Source of the DNA: Chloroflexota bacterium
GTDB taxonomy: Bacteria; Chloroflexota; Limnocylindria; QHBO01
NCBI GenBank assembly: GCA_024636135.1
Contig: JAGXHP010000039.1
Location: 1-61,044 of the forward strand
DNA length: 61,044 nt
Direction of reading: 5' to 3'
The notes under the pieces are model-generated. The model had not been told where the DNA came from and made no database searches. It saw nothing but the letters and a program-made list of their open reading frames with translations. The position numbers were made by a program, and so were the translations under genes. Numbering within the stretch: position 1 is the stretch's first letter; every line of letters starts with the position of its first letter. Below, piece after piece: positions 1 through 9,291 of the stretch.

Positions 1-1
1 G

Positions 2-205
2 CAGGAAACGGCGCTCCACGACGAGCGCGTGACACGCGAGGAGGTGTTGGCCGCGGTTCGGTCCCAGGGCATCGGCGATCTGGGGGATGTCGCTGCCGTC
101 GTCCTCGAGACCGACGGCAGCTTCTCGGTCATCGGGGAGAGTTCCCCGGCTGGGGCCTCCTCACTGCGGGGCGTCAAGGGCTGGAAGGGCGAGCCGAAGC
201 GCTAG
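2..205 (+). CDS. DUF421/YetF-like membrane protein, C-terminal fragment (5' end outside window)
   Basis: Frame 2 is open from the window edge to TAG 203-205. The tail ...TREEVLAAVRSQGIGDLGDVAAVVLETDGSFSVIG resembles the conserved C-terminal block of DUF421 proteins. GC3 is high. Confidence 0.45.
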   Translation, partial: QETALHDERVTREEVLAAVRSQGIGDLGDVAAVVLETDGSFSVIGESSPAGASSLRGVKGWKGEPKR

Positions 206-933
206 CTTCCCTCCGGCCGCTTGCCGAAGAAGAGAGCGGCAAGGACCCCGGCCACGTAGCCGAGCAGCACCAGCCCGCCGAGCATGATGATCAGCGCCAC
301 GATGCGTCCGCCGAGGGTCACCGGCTCCGAGGCGGCACCTACGGTGGTGAGGGTGGCGGATGCCCACCACAGCGCCTCGGCGTAGTCGGTGATCTGCGAG
401 TTCGGCGCATCGGACTCGAACATCAGGAGCACGGCCGACCCGAGGAACGCAGCGGTCAGCGCCAGGGCGCCGGCATACCCGGCACGCGTCCATGCCAGGA
501 CGCCGCGAAGGCTGCGCGCCGACCGATTGAAGCCGGCGAGCACCCGGAGCGAGGTGGTGGCTCGGATCGCACGGATGGCCCGCAGCGCCCGGAAGGCACG
601 CAGGAACGGCACGACCAGTGACAGCGCGGTCAGCCAGTTGCGCCGCAGGTATCGCCCGCGGTCGGGGCTGATCGTGATTCCGAGGAGGAAGTGGACGACG
701 AATACGGCCCAGATCGCGAGCTGGATCCAGCCCAGGACCGCCGGCACCGCCATGCCCTGTGCCGACAGCACGATCTCGGCGACCAGGAGCGCGGCGAACA
801 GCAACGCCAGGTAGGTCGTCGGGCCGTCGAGGACGGCCTCGATCTCGGTGACCAGGTGGTAGCGCTCGGCGCGCGTCGGAGCCGCCTCATCAGGCGAGGC
901 CCCATCGGGAAGTGGTGCGCCGGTCTCGCTCAT
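202..933 (-). CDS. Voltage-sensor-like ion channel (Ion_trans family) with non-canonical selectivity filter
   Basis: 243 aa. It has an S4-like arginine ladder (RAFRALRAIRAIR). The pore helix and filter read ALWWASATLTTVGAASEP, against the K+ consensus TxTTVGYGD. An inner helix GRIVALIIMLGGLVLLGYV follows. Confidence 0.7.
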   Translation of the reverse strand: MSETGAPLPDGASPDEAAPTRAERYHLVTEIEAVLDGPTTYLALLFAALLVAEIVLSAQGMAVPAVLGWIQLAIWAVFVVHFLLGITISPDRGRYLRRNWLTALSLVVPFLRAFRALRAIRAIRATTSLRVLAGFNRSARSLRGVLAWTRAGYAGALALTAAFLGSAVLLMFESDAPNSQITDYAEALWWASATLTTVGAASEPVTLGGRIVALIIMLGGLVLLGYVAGVLAALFFGKRPEGS

Positions 934-1070
934 CGGATTCCGAGGCTAACAGAGGCCGGGTGGTAGTGGTCTTGCGGGCCCCTTGGGGTCGTAGGAACAT
1001 CCCTAGGAGAAGCAGTGCGGCGCCGAGAGGCTCGTCTTCCGGCCGCAGAGCGAGCTTCAGAACTAGCCGA

Positions 1071-2006
1071 TCAGCGCAGGGCTCCGGCCCACCCGGGCTC
1101 GTCGTCCGTCGACGGATCGATGGCCTCGACGGCGGCGAGCTCGCGTTCCATCTCGCGCAGCAGCCGGCGAGCCTCGTCGGTCGGGACCAGCTCGAAACGC
1201 ACGGTCTGCCCCGGCAGGAGCTGCCCGACCCGGCCGATGTCGGCCTGAATGACGACGGCCGGCACCGGGTAGCCCCCCGTCACCGGTCGGTCGGCGAGCA
1301 TGACGATGGGCCGTCCATCGGGCGGCAGCTGGATGGCGCCGAGCGGCAGGGCCATGGAGGCCACCTCCGCCGGCTCGAGCACGATCGGCGCGCCGTCGAA
1401 CCGCACCCCGGTGCGATCCGCCTGGTCGCTCACGGTCCATTCCACCCCGCTGAGCTGCTGCGGGCCGTCGGCGTGAACGCCGGCGACGATGCGGATGGGG
1501 CCGTCGCCGAACGTCCCCCGCCATCGGCGAAGGGGTCCAGCCGACACGCCTGTCTCAAGCCGATCACCTCGCCTCAACGCTCTTCCTTCGTGACCGCCGA
1601 ACTCGGAGCGAAGGTCCGTGCTGGCTGATCCGAGCACCCGATCGGTGACGAACCCGCCGGCGACCGCGAGGTAGCAGCGCCCACCCGTCCCACGGCCGAT
1701 CCGGAGCAGCGACCCGCCCCGAGCGTGGCGTCCCACGTTGGTGGCCATCGGCAAGCCGTCGAGCGTCGCCTCGAATCGTGCACCGGCAAGTGCGACGGTC
1801 GTGGCCCCGAGGATCCGAAGCGCCGGACCTGTGAGCGTGATCTCGAGCAGCGCATCGTCGTCCGGGTTTCCCACCAGGCGGTTGGCGAGTCGGGCGCTCC
1901 ATTGATCGACGGCGCCGCCGATGGGGACCCCAACGTGCCGCCACCCCGGCCGACCGGCCGCCGTCTGGACCGAGGTCAGGAAGCCGGGCTCATCGACCTC
2001 GATCAC
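1071..2006 (-). CDS. pxpC: 5-oxoprolinase subunit C (KipA / allophanate hydrolase subunit 2 family)
   Basis: 311 aa. The N-terminus MIEVDEPGFLTSVQ..GRPGWRHVGVP.GGAVD is typical of the family. There is a 4-nt overlap with the upstream pxpB-like gene. Confidence 0.8.
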   Translation of the reverse strand: MIEVDEPGFLTSVQTAAGRPGWRHVGVPIGGAVDQWSARLANRLVGNPDDDALLEITLTGPALRILGATTVALAGARFEATLDGLPMATNVGRHARGGSLLRIGRGTGGRCYLAVAGGFVTDRVLGSASTDLRSEFGGHEGRALRRGDRLETGVSAGPLRRWRGTFGDGPIRIVAGVHADGPQQLSGVEWTVSDQADRTGVRFDGAPIVLEPAEVASMALPLGAIQLPPDGRPIVMLADRPVTGGYPVPAVVIQADIGRVGQLLPGQTVRFELVPTDEARRLLREMERELAAVEAIDPSTDDEPGWAGALR

Positions 2007-2611
2007 GCCGGTTCGAACTGCACGCGGTCGCCGGGCATCAGCAGCGCCGGTCGATCCGATCGCGGGTCGAAGAGGGTCAGCGCGGCATGCCCGATGATCC
2101 GCCAGCCCCCGGGCAGGGCCGCGGGGTAGATGGCGCTCATCGTTCCGGCCACCGCGACCGAGCCGGGAGGCGTCGTCGTCCGGGGCGTCTTCAGGCGCTC
2201 GACTCGCAAACGATCCGGCAGGTCACCCAGGTAGGCGAATCCAGGGGCGAAGCCGCAGAACAGGACGCGAAGAACCACCGAAGCGTGAGCGGCCACCACC
2301 TCGTCCCGCGACATGCCGGTCAGCTCGGCCACCTCGTCCAGGTCCGGACCGTCGTACGTCACCGGGATGCGGTGGAGGCGGCCCTCGACTTCGCGTGGGC
2401 GCAGGCCGGCGAGGCGACCCTCGAGTTCAACCGCCATGGCGTCAGCTTCCCCATGGAGCGGGTCCAGCTCCACCAGCACAGAGGCAAGGCCCGGGATCGC
2501 TTCGAGCATGGCTGCAGGTGGGTCCGCGCGCAGGGACGCGGCGAGGGCCTGCGCGAGCTCCGGCCCGTCCAGCTCCACGAGCAGGGCCGCTTCCCCGAAC
2601 GACCGGATCAC
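2003..2611 (-). CDS. pxpB: 5-oxoprolinase subunit B (KipI / allophanate hydrolase subunit 1 family)
   Basis: 202 aa. Family-typical segments include FGEAALLVELD and FCGFAPGFAYLG. The gene overlaps both neighbours by 4 nt, consistent with a pxpA-B-C operon. Confidence 0.8.
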   Translation of the reverse strand: MIRSFGEAALLVELDGPELAQALAASLRADPPAAMLEAIPGLASVLVELDPLHGEADAMAVELEGRLAGLRPREVEGRLHRIPVTYDGPDLDEVAELTGMSRDEVVAAHASVVLRVLFCGFAPGFAYLGDLPDRLRVERLKTPRTTTPPGSVAVAGTMSAIYPAALPGGWRIIGHAALTLFDPRSDRPALLMPGDRVQFEPA

Positions 2612-3375
2612 GGCCGTTCCGGCGCGGCGACAGTCATGCCCGCATCCTCGAGCGACCGGCGCACGGCCGATGCGATCTCCACCGCTCCCGGCGTATCGCC
2701 GTGGCAGCAGATGCTCTCCGCCGATATCGCCACGCGCGTGCCGTCGTCGGCATCCACGCCACCGTCAACGGCGATCGAGCGCGCCTGCGCCGCCGCCTGT
2801 GCGGGATCGGAGATCACCGAGCCGGGGACGCTCCGTTGCTGGAGGGAGCCGTCACCGAGGTAGCGGCGGTCGGCGAACGCCTCGGGCACGAACCGCAGGC
2901 CAGCGTCGGCGGCCGCTTCCGCCATCGGCACGGACGACGCGAGGCCGAACAACAAGAGGTCCGTGCTGAATTTCGCGGTGGCTCGCGCGATGGCCGCGGC
3001 CAGCGCCGGATCGGCGGCCGCGCTGTTGTAGAGGGCGCCGTGCGGCTTCACGTGCTGCATCTCGACGCCGTTGGCGCGGCAGAAGGCCTCGAGCGCGCCG
3101 ATCTGGTAGCGCACCATGGACTCGACCTCGTCGGGTGCCAGCTGCATGGCGCGGCGACCGAATCCGGCGAGGTCCGGGTACCCGGGCTGTGCACCGACGG
3201 CAACGCCCGCGTCCCGACACAGCGCAACGGTCTTCTCCATGACTGCGTAGTCGCCGGCATGGAAGCCACAGGCGACGTTGGCACTGGTGATGTGCTCAAC
3301 GAGTCGCTCGTCGTCGCCCAGCACCCAGCGCCCGAAGCTCTCGCCAAGGTCTGCGTTGAGGTCCATGTCGGACAT
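2608..3375 (-). CDS. pxpA: 5-oxoprolinase subunit A (LamB/YcsF family)
   Basis: 255 aa. It carries the N-terminal DLNADLGESFG motif and a HGALYN segment characteristic of LamB/YcsF. Confidence 0.85.
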   Translation of the reverse strand: MSDMDLNADLGESFGRWVLGDDERLVEHITSANVACGFHAGDYAVMEKTVALCRDAGVAVGAQPGYPDLAGFGRRAMQLAPDEVESMVRYQIGALEAFCRANGVEMQHVKPHGALYNSAAADPALAAAIARATAKFSTDLLLFGLASSVPMAEAAADAGLRFVPEAFADRRYLGDGSLQQRSVPGSVISDPAQAAAQARSIAVDGGVDADDGTRVAISAESICCHGDTPGAVEIASAVRRSLEDAGMTVAAPERP

Positions 3376-3413
3376 GCTAGCCGCGCGTTGGACGCCGTCG
3401 GTAGCATCGACCC

Positions 3414-3977
3414 ATGACCGACGACTCCGCCCCCCGATCTGAACCGCGCCATGGCCAGACCTCGTCGACGATCGCCGTCGGGCTCGTCCTGGTGCTGGGT
3501 GGCGCAGCGCTGCTTGCCGGGCAGATGCTCGGAATCGGCGTCGACGATGTCGGGTGGCCGTTCCTGGTCATCGCGATCGGCGCGGTGCTGCTCGTCGTCG
3601 GCATCGTCAGCGGCGATCGGGGCATGATCATTGCCGGCACCGTGGTCACGACCGTGGGACTCGTCCTGCTCTACCAGGATCAGACGGGCCGATGGGAGAC
3701 GTGGGCCTACGGCTGGGCCCTGGTCGGCCCGGCGGCAAGCGGACTCGGCCTGGCGCTGTGGGGAATTCGATCCGGGGACGCGTCGGACGTGCGGAACGGA
3801 ACCTGGGGCTTGCTTGGGGGACTCGCGCTGTTCGGGATCGGCTTCCTGTTCTTCGAAGGGGTGGTCGGCATCGGCGGCGATCGTTTGGCATTCGCCGAGT
3901 GGCTGCTGCCGGCGGCCATCATCGGGATCGGGCTGGTCGTCCTGGTTCGTGGCATCTTCGAGCGCCGACAGGGCTGA
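3414..3977 (+). CDS. Hypothetical multi-pass membrane protein
   Basis: 187 aa with 5-6 Gly/Val/Leu-rich hydrophobic segments. The composition is coding-like. The overlapping minus-strand ORF 3048-3992 is Arg/Pro-rich antisense noise. Confidence 0.55.
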   Translation: MTDDSAPRSEPRHGQTSSTIAVGLVLVLGGAALLAGQMLGIGVDDVGWPFLVIAIGAVLLVVGIVSGDRGMIIAGTVVTTVGLVLLYQDQTGRWETWAYGWALVGPAASGLGLALWGIRSGDASDVRNGTWGLLGGLALFGIGFLFFEGVVGIGGDRLAFAEWLLPAAIIGIGLVVLVRGIFERRQG

Positions 3978-4022
3978 GGACCCGGCAAGCACCCCAGATC
4001 CGATGTTTCGGTGGTCGCGGCC

Positions 4023-4057
4023 CCTTCCAGGACCAAGGAAGTATCGGCGCTGGAAGG
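4023..4057 (+). terminator. Hairpin between membrane-protein gene and kgd
   Basis: An 8-bp stem (CCTTCCAG / CTGGAAGG) with a 19-nt loop, 46 nt after the stop codon at 3977. This is weak. Confidence 0.2.
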
Positions 4058-4093
4058 CAGCAACCGACGCGGCGCCGTATCCTTGACCCTGAG

Positions 4094-7000
4094 ATGTCCG
4101 ACCCCGAATCGACGACCGGCGCCGAGGCGCTCGACGAGCTGAACCTCGTCAACGCCGGGTACGTTGCCGACCTGTACGAGCAGTACCGCACCGATCCGAC
4201 CAGCGTCGATCCGGAGTGGCGGGGCCTCTTCGATTCCGGTGCCGGAGGCTTCGAGCCTGTCACCGTCGAGCCGAAGACTCCCGGCAACGGGGATGCACCG
4301 TCCGGGCCGAGCCTGCCTGAGGGTGCCACTCCCATCAAGGGCCCCGCGTCGCGCCTGGCCCAGAACATGATCGCCAGCCTCGCGGTACCGACGGCCACGA
4401 GCTTCCGTGAGATCGACGTTGCGACCCTCGAGGCGCGGCGCAAGGATCTCAACGCACAGGTCGCGCCGCGCAAGGCGAGCTTCACCCATCTGATCGGATG
4501 GGCCATCGTGCAGGCCGCGGCCGAGATGCGCTCGATGAGCCACTACTACACCGAGATCGAGGACCAGGCGCACCGGGTGGACCCCGGGGCGATCAACCTC
4601 GGCCTGGCGGTCGACGTCGAGCGCCGCGACGGGTCCCGGTTCCTCGTGGTGCCCGTCATCAGGGGTGCCGACGAGATGGACTTCGCCGCGTTCCACACCC
4701 GCTACGAGGAGCTGGTCGAGAAGGCCCGCACCAACAAGCTGTCGCCCGACGACTTCGCGGGAGCGACCATCACCCTGACCAACCCCGGCACGCTCGGCAC
4801 CACCGCCAGCGTCCCGCGCCTCATGCCGAACCAGGGCAGCATCATCGCCACGGGCACGATTCGAACGGTCGGCGGCGACCGCCGCATGACGATGAGCTCG
4901 ACCTACGACCATCGCATCATCCAGGGCGCGGAGTCGGGCATGTTCCTGCGCCGCATGGATGGGCTGCTCTCGGGCGACGACGGCTTCTACTCCGACCTCT
5001 TCGCGTCCATGGGTGCGCGCGCCGCCGACGTCACCACCGAGGAGCCGATGCCTCCGCCCGCGGAGGCGGCCGGCGCTCCCGTCGTGACCGCGCCACTGGT
5101 CCCCGACCAGGGCAACGTCTACGAGCACCTCAAGGCGGTCGCGGCGGGCATGGCGCTGGTGAAGGCCTATCGGCACTTCGGCCACATGGGGGCCCGGCTG
5201 GACCCGCTCGGCGCTGAGCCGACCGGCGACCCCGCGCTCGAACCCGCGCCGCTGGGCCTGACGGACGAGAGCATGCAGACGATCCCCGCCGAGCTCATGC
5301 GCATCTACGTTCCGGGGCGCACCCTGGCCGAGGCGCTTCCCCACCTCCAGGAGACGTACTCCGGCACGATCGCGTACGAGGTCGAGCACCTCGGCTCGCA
5401 CGAGGAGCGCGTCTGGCTGCGTCGCGTGATCGAATCCGGCGAGCATCGCCTGCCGCTCGAGGCCGAGGACCAGATCGCGCTCCTCGAACGGCTGATCACG
5501 GTCGAGAGCCTGGAGCGCTTCCTCCACAAGGCCTACCTGGGACAGAAGCGGTTCAGCATCGAGGGCCTGGACTCCATGGTGCCGATGCTCGACGTCATCA
5601 TCGGCGACGCGGCCGACCAGGGAGCCCGCAAGGTGATGATCGGCATGGCACACCGCGGTCGCCTCAACGTCCTGGCGCACGTGGTGGGCGTCTCCTACGA
5701 GGCGATCCTTTCGGAGTTCGAGGCCGGCCGGACGGGTGGCAGCGCCGCGATCGCCCCCAAGGGCGGACTGGACGACGTGAAGTACCACCTTGGGGCCGAG
5801 GGCGGCTACCTCACCGCCGACGACGAGGAGGTGCGGGTCGTCCTGTCGCCGAACCCCAGCCATCTCGAGGCGGTGGACCCGGTGATCGAGGGGCGCACGC
5901 GTGCCGAGCAGACGGACCGCTCCGGCCCGGTCGCCACGTCGGACCCCGCCGTGACGCTGCCGCTCCTCATCCATGGCGATGCAGCGTTCGCGGCGCAAGG
6001 CGTGGTGGCCGAGACGTTCAACATGGCACGCCTCGACGGCTATGCCACCGGTGGCACGATCCACGTCATCGCCAACAACCAGGTGGGATTCACCACCGGC
6101 CCGCGCGAGGCGCGCTCGACCGACTACAGCTCGGACCTGGCCAAGGGCTTCGATGCGCCGATCATCCACGTCAACGCCGATGACCCGGAGGCCTGCCTGG
6201 CCGCCGCCCGGCTGGCGATGATGTACCGGCAGGCGTTCGGACACGACGTGGTCATCGACCTCGTCGGCTATCGGCGCTACGGCCACAACGAGGGCGACGA
6301 GCCCGCCTACTCGCAGCCGGCGATGTACGCGGAGATCACGCACCACCCGACCGTCCGCGAGCGGTACCAGACCAAGCTGATCGAGGCCGGCGTCCTGACC
6401 GCCGACGAGGCCGAAGCGAAGATCAAGGAGGCACAGCGCGACCTCGCCGCCCGCCAGGCGGCCGTTCGCGCCGGCACCGGAGACGGCGAGTCGGGGGGCG
6501 AGCTGGACCGCGGCTCGGAGGAGATCCCGCAGCCCAAGGTGACCGAGCCCAAGACCGCCGTCGGCCTCGGGAAGCTCCGGGAGCTCAACCAGGCGATCTC
6601 GATGGTCCCCGACGGATTCAACGTGCACCCCAAGCTCGTCAAGCAGCTCCAACGTCGCCTCGGGGCGCTCGAGGACGACGACGCGAAGGTCGACTGGGCG
6701 CACGCTGAGCTCCTGGCATTCGCCACGCTCCTCGTCGAGGGAACCCCGATTCGGCTCACCGGCCAGGACACCGTGCGCGGCACGTTCAGCCAGCGCCATG
6801 CCGGCCTGTGGGACGCCTCGACCGGCGAGCGTCACGTGCCGCTCCAGCACCTGCCGGGCGCCAAGGCGTCCTTCGAGCTCCACAACTCCCCGCTCAGCGA
6901 GTACGCGGCACTCGGCTTCGAGTACGGATATGCCGTCACCGCGCCGGACGCCCTCGTCCTGTGGGAGGCCCAGTACGGCGACTTCGTGAACGGCGCCGAG

Positions 7001-7729
7001 ATCATCATCGACCAGTTCCTCGTCTCCGGGCTCGCGAAGTGGCGGCTGTCGTCTCGTCTGACGCTGCTCCTTCCCCACGGCTACGAGGGTTCGGGGCCGG
7101 AGCACTCGTCGGCGCGCCTCGAGCGCTTCCTGGCGCTCGGAGCGGAGGGCAACATCCGGGTCGTGTACCCGAGCACGCCGGCCCAGTACTTCCACCTGCT
7201 GCGACGGCAGGCGCGCCACCGGGACGCGCGACCGCTGGTGGTGATGACCCCGAAGTCGCTGCTCCGGCTGCCGCAGGCCGCGTCACGTCCGTCCGAGCTG
7301 GCGAGCGGGGGCTTCGCCGCGGTCCTGGACGACACGCGCTTCGGCGATGCGAAGGCCGCCGCCGACGTCCGGCGCGTCCTCCTGTGCAGCGGCAAGATCT
7401 ACTACGACCTCATCGCCTCGGATGAGATGGAGCGAGCCACGGACGTGGCCATCGTGCGCGTCGAACGCCTGTACCCCTTCCCGGCCGATGAGCTCCAGGC
7501 GGTCCTCGATCGCTACTCGGGAATCGAGTCGTACGCGTGGGTCCAGGAGGAGCCGCGCAACATGGGCGCCCGGAAGTTCGTTCTGCCGAAGATCCGACAC
7601 CTCGTGCCGTACCGCATCCCCCTCGGGGACATCTCACGCCCCGAGCGCTCTCGGCCGGCGGAGGGCTATCCCGCCGAGCATCACGCGGAGCAGGCACGCA
7701 TCATCCGCGAGGCTCTGACCGAGCACTGA
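4094..7729 (+). CDS. kgd: Multifunctional 2-oxoglutarate dehydrogenase E1 with N-terminal E2-like acyltransferase domain (Kgd/OdhA type)
   Basis: I chose the start at MSDPESTT, in frame with the 3554 ORF; the upstream part is Arg/Gly junk. The E2 catalytic motif is STYDHRIIQGAESG. E1 ThDP-region motifs are GMAHRGRLNVLAHV and LLIHGDAAFAAQGVV. Length is about 1,211 aa. Confidence 0.9.
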   Translation: MSDPESTTGAEALDELNLVNAGYVADLYEQYRTDPTSVDPEWRGLFDSGAGGFEPVTVEPKTPGNGDAPSGPSLPEGATPIKGPASRLAQNMIASLAVPTATSFREIDVATLEARRKDLNAQVAPRKASFTHLIGWAIVQAAAEMRSMSHYYTEIEDQAHRVDPGAINLGLAVDVERRDGSRFLVVPVIRGADEMDFAAFHTRYEELVEKARTNKLSPDDFAGATITLTNPGTLGTTASVPRLMPNQGSIIATGTIRTVGGDRRMTMSSTYDHRIIQGAESGMFLRRMDGLLSGDDGFYSDLFASMGARAADVTTEEPMPPPAEAAGAPVVTAPLVPDQGNVYEHLKAVAAGMALVKAYRHFGHMGARLDPLGAEPTGDPALEPAPLGLTDESMQTIPAELMRIYVPGRTLAEALPHLQETYSGTIAYEVEHLGSHEERVWLRRVIESGEHRLPLEAEDQIALLERLITVESLERFLHKAYLGQKRFSIEGLDSMVPMLDVIIGDAADQGARKVMIGMAHRGRLNVLAHVVGVSYEAILSEFEAGRTGGSAAIAPKGGLDDVKYHLGAEGGYLTADDEEVRVVLSPNPSHLEAVDPVIEGRTRAEQTDRSGPVATSDPAVTLPLLIHGDAAFAAQGVVAETFNMARLDGYATGGTIHVIANNQVGFTTGPREARSTDYSSDLAKGFDAPIIHVNADDPEACLAAARLAMMYRQAFGHDVVIDLVGYRRYGHNEGDEPAYSQPAMYAEITHHPTVRERYQTKLIEAGVLTADEAEAKIKEAQRDLAARQAAVRAGTGDGESGGELDRGSEEIPQPKVTEPKTAVGLGKLRELNQAISMVPDGFNVHPKLVKQLQRRLGALEDDDAKVDWAHAELLAFATLLVEGTPIRLTGQDTVRGTFSQRHAGLWDASTGERHVPLQHLPGAKASFELHNSPLSEYAALGFEYGYAVTAPDALVLWEAQYGDFVNGAEIIIDQFLVSGLAKWRLSSRLTLLLPHGYEGSGPEHSSARLERFLALGAEGNIRVVYPSTPAQYFHLLRRQARHRDARPLVVMTPKSLLRLPQAASRPSELASGGFAAVLDDTRFGDAKAAADVRRVLLCSGKIYYDLIASDEMERATDVAIVRVERLYPFPADELQAVLDRYSGIESYAWVQEEPRNMGARKFVLPKIRHLVPYRIPLGDISRPERSRPAEGYPAEHHAEQARIIREALTEH

Positions 7730-7753
7730 TCGCGGTCGAGAGCGTTCCTTCCA

Positions 7754-7759
7754 TATACT
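7754..7759 (+). promoter_or_regulatory. -10 box TATACT, leaderless thrC
   Basis: TATACT lies 7 nt upstream of the GTG at 7767, and there is no SD. Confidence 0.4.
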
Positions 7760-7766
7760 TCGCCGC

Positions 7767-8831
7767 GTGACCGACCACCCCGCCCCGCTCCTCGAGCGCT
7801 ATCGCGCGCTCATCGCCCGCGATGACGAGACGTTCCCGATCTCCCTGGGAGAGGGCGGGACCCCGCTCATCCACGCCGTGCGGCTCGGCGCCGAGCTCGG
7901 CCTCGACAACCTGTACCTGAAGTTCGAGGGCACGAACCCGACCGGATCGTTCAAGGACAGAGGGATGGTGCTGGCCGTCAATCGGGCCGTCGCGGCCGGG
8001 GCGCGCGCCGTGGTCTGTGCCTCGACCGGAAATACGAGCGCATCGGCCGCGGCATACGCGGCGGCGGCCGGGCTTCCCTGCCACGTCATCCTTCCGGCAG
8101 GCAAGGTGGCCCGCGGCAAGCTGGCGCAGGCGCTTGCCGCGGGCGCACGGCTGATCATGGTCGATGGCAACTTCGACGCCGCCCTCAACGCCGTGCGACG
8201 CCTCGGCGAGGACGGCCTGGCCGTGGTGGTCAACTCGGTCAATCCCGATCGACTTGCCGGACAGCAGACCGGCGCGTTCGAGGTCGTGGACGCACTCGGC
8301 CGGTCACCCGACGCGCTTGCGCTGCCGGTCGGGAATGCGGGCAACATCTCCGCCTATTGGCAGGGCTTCAACGCATACCTGGACGCCGATCGCACGCCGG
8401 GCGGTGGACTGCCCCGCATGCTCGGCTTCCAGGCCGAGGGAGCGGCGCCGATCGTTCGCGGCGAGGCGGTCGAGGAGCCCGAGACGGTGGCGACGGCGAT
8501 TCGCATCGGCAACCCGGCCTCGTGGGAGCTGGCCGTGGCCGCTCGGGACCGCTCGGGAGGGCTCATCGAGGCGGTGAGCGACGATGAGATCCTCGACGCC
8601 CAGCGGATCATCGTTCGTCTCGAGGGCGTCTTCTGCGAGCCGGCGAGTGCCGCCGGGGTGGCCGGTGTCCGCCGGCTCGTCGCGGACGGACGGCTCGAGC
8701 GCCAGATGACGGTGGTCTGCGTCCTGACCGGGCATGGGCTCAAGGATCCGGACGCGGTGCAGGCGGAGGAAGGCTCTCTGACGCCGATTGCCCCGGAGCT
8801 CGATGCCATCCGGCGGGAGATGGGCCTCTAG
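7767..8831 (+). CDS. thrC: Threonine synthase
   Basis: 354 aa with a GTG start. The PLP-lysine motif is FEGTNPTGSFKDRGM, and the enzyme fold is PALP-type. Confidence 0.85.
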   Translation: MTDHPAPLLERYRALIARDDETFPISLGEGGTPLIHAVRLGAELGLDNLYLKFEGTNPTGSFKDRGMVLAVNRAVAAGARAVVCASTGNTSASAAAYAAAAGLPCHVILPAGKVARGKLAQALAAGARLIMVDGNFDAALNAVRRLGEDGLAVVVNSVNPDRLAGQQTGAFEVVDALGRSPDALALPVGNAGNISAYWQGFNAYLDADRTPGGGLPRMLGFQAEGAAPIVRGEAVEEPETVATAIRIGNPASWELAVAARDRSGGLIEAVSDDEILDAQRIIVRLEGVFCEPASAAGVAGVRRLVADGRLERQMTVVCVLTGHGLKDPDAVQAEEGSLTPIAPELDAIRREMGL

Positions 8832-8842
8832 CAGTGGGCCGC

Positions 8843-9223
8843 TCAGCAGCAGGCGTCGACGATCGCTGCCGTGAACTCCTCCGGAGTCGCGTCCTTGCTC
8901 ACGTAGGCGCACCGCGGCGTCATGCAATGGCCCTCGACGTCTGACCAGCCGGTCCGAACGATGCGGATGGCCGGCCAGGCGCGCTGCAGGCCCGAGATGA
9001 ACGCCTCGCCCGCATCGATGTCCGGCAGTCGGGCGTCGACGAGGACGGCATCGGGCCGTTCGCGCTCCACGAGCTCGAACGCCGACCGCACGTCGCCGGC
9101 GCCGCCGATCACCTCGACCCGTCCGGTGAGCGCCAGGAGATCGGTGAGGCTCGCCTGCACCCGACGATCCGAGTCGACGATCACGACTCGTGGCACGACC
9201 GAATTCCGGGGGGCTGGCGGCAT
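8843..9223 (-). CDS. Single-domain response regulator (REC only)
   Basis: 126 aa. The acidic pocket is VIVDSD and the phospho-acceptor context is DAVLVDARLPD. A conserved Thr (IVRTG) and Lys (VSKD) are present. There is no output domain. Confidence 0.75.
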   Translation of the reverse strand: MPPAPRNSVVPRVVIVDSDRRVQASLTDLLALTGRVEVIGGAGDVRSAFELVERERPDAVLVDARLPDIDAGEAFISGLQRAWPAIRIVRTGWSDVEGHCMTPRCAYVSKDATPEEFTAAIVDACC

Positions 9224-9245
9224 GCTTCGAGGGTACGCACCCAGA

Positions 9246-9280
9246 GCCGCTGCGCGATAGACGACGAGTGGCGCAGCGGC
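9246..9280 (-). terminator. Hairpin between giant kinase stop and REC-only gene
   Basis: A 10-bp perfect stem (GCCGCTGCGC / GCGCAGCGGC) with a 15-nt loop and no U-tract. It could be a terminator or an attenuator. Confidence 0.3.
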
Positions 9281-9291
9281 GCCTACGTCAT

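Noticed and set aside
3554-4093. N-terminal extensions of track ORFs, for example 3554-4093 before kgd, 21557-22858 before the PPOX gene, 56893-57315 before the M20 peptidase, 57250-57990 before the TIMP-like gene and 14082-15185 before the cupredoxin
   Set aside because: The upstream parts overlap other well-supported genes or are low-complexity Arg/Pro/Gly sequence. Internal starts with a family-typical N-terminus, SD or -10 box fit better.
3707-7219. Very long ORFs antisense to real genes: 3707-7219(-), 9190-12576(+), 18756-20759(-), 21537-24743(-), 32954-35056(-), 43514-44788(-), 44731-46071(-) and 48524-50485(+)
   Set aside because: Their translations are Arg/Gly/Pro/Asp-rich with no recognisable motifs. 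The opposite strand encodes proteins with clear catalytic signatures in each case. Such mirror ORFs are expected when GC3 is very high and stop codons are rare.
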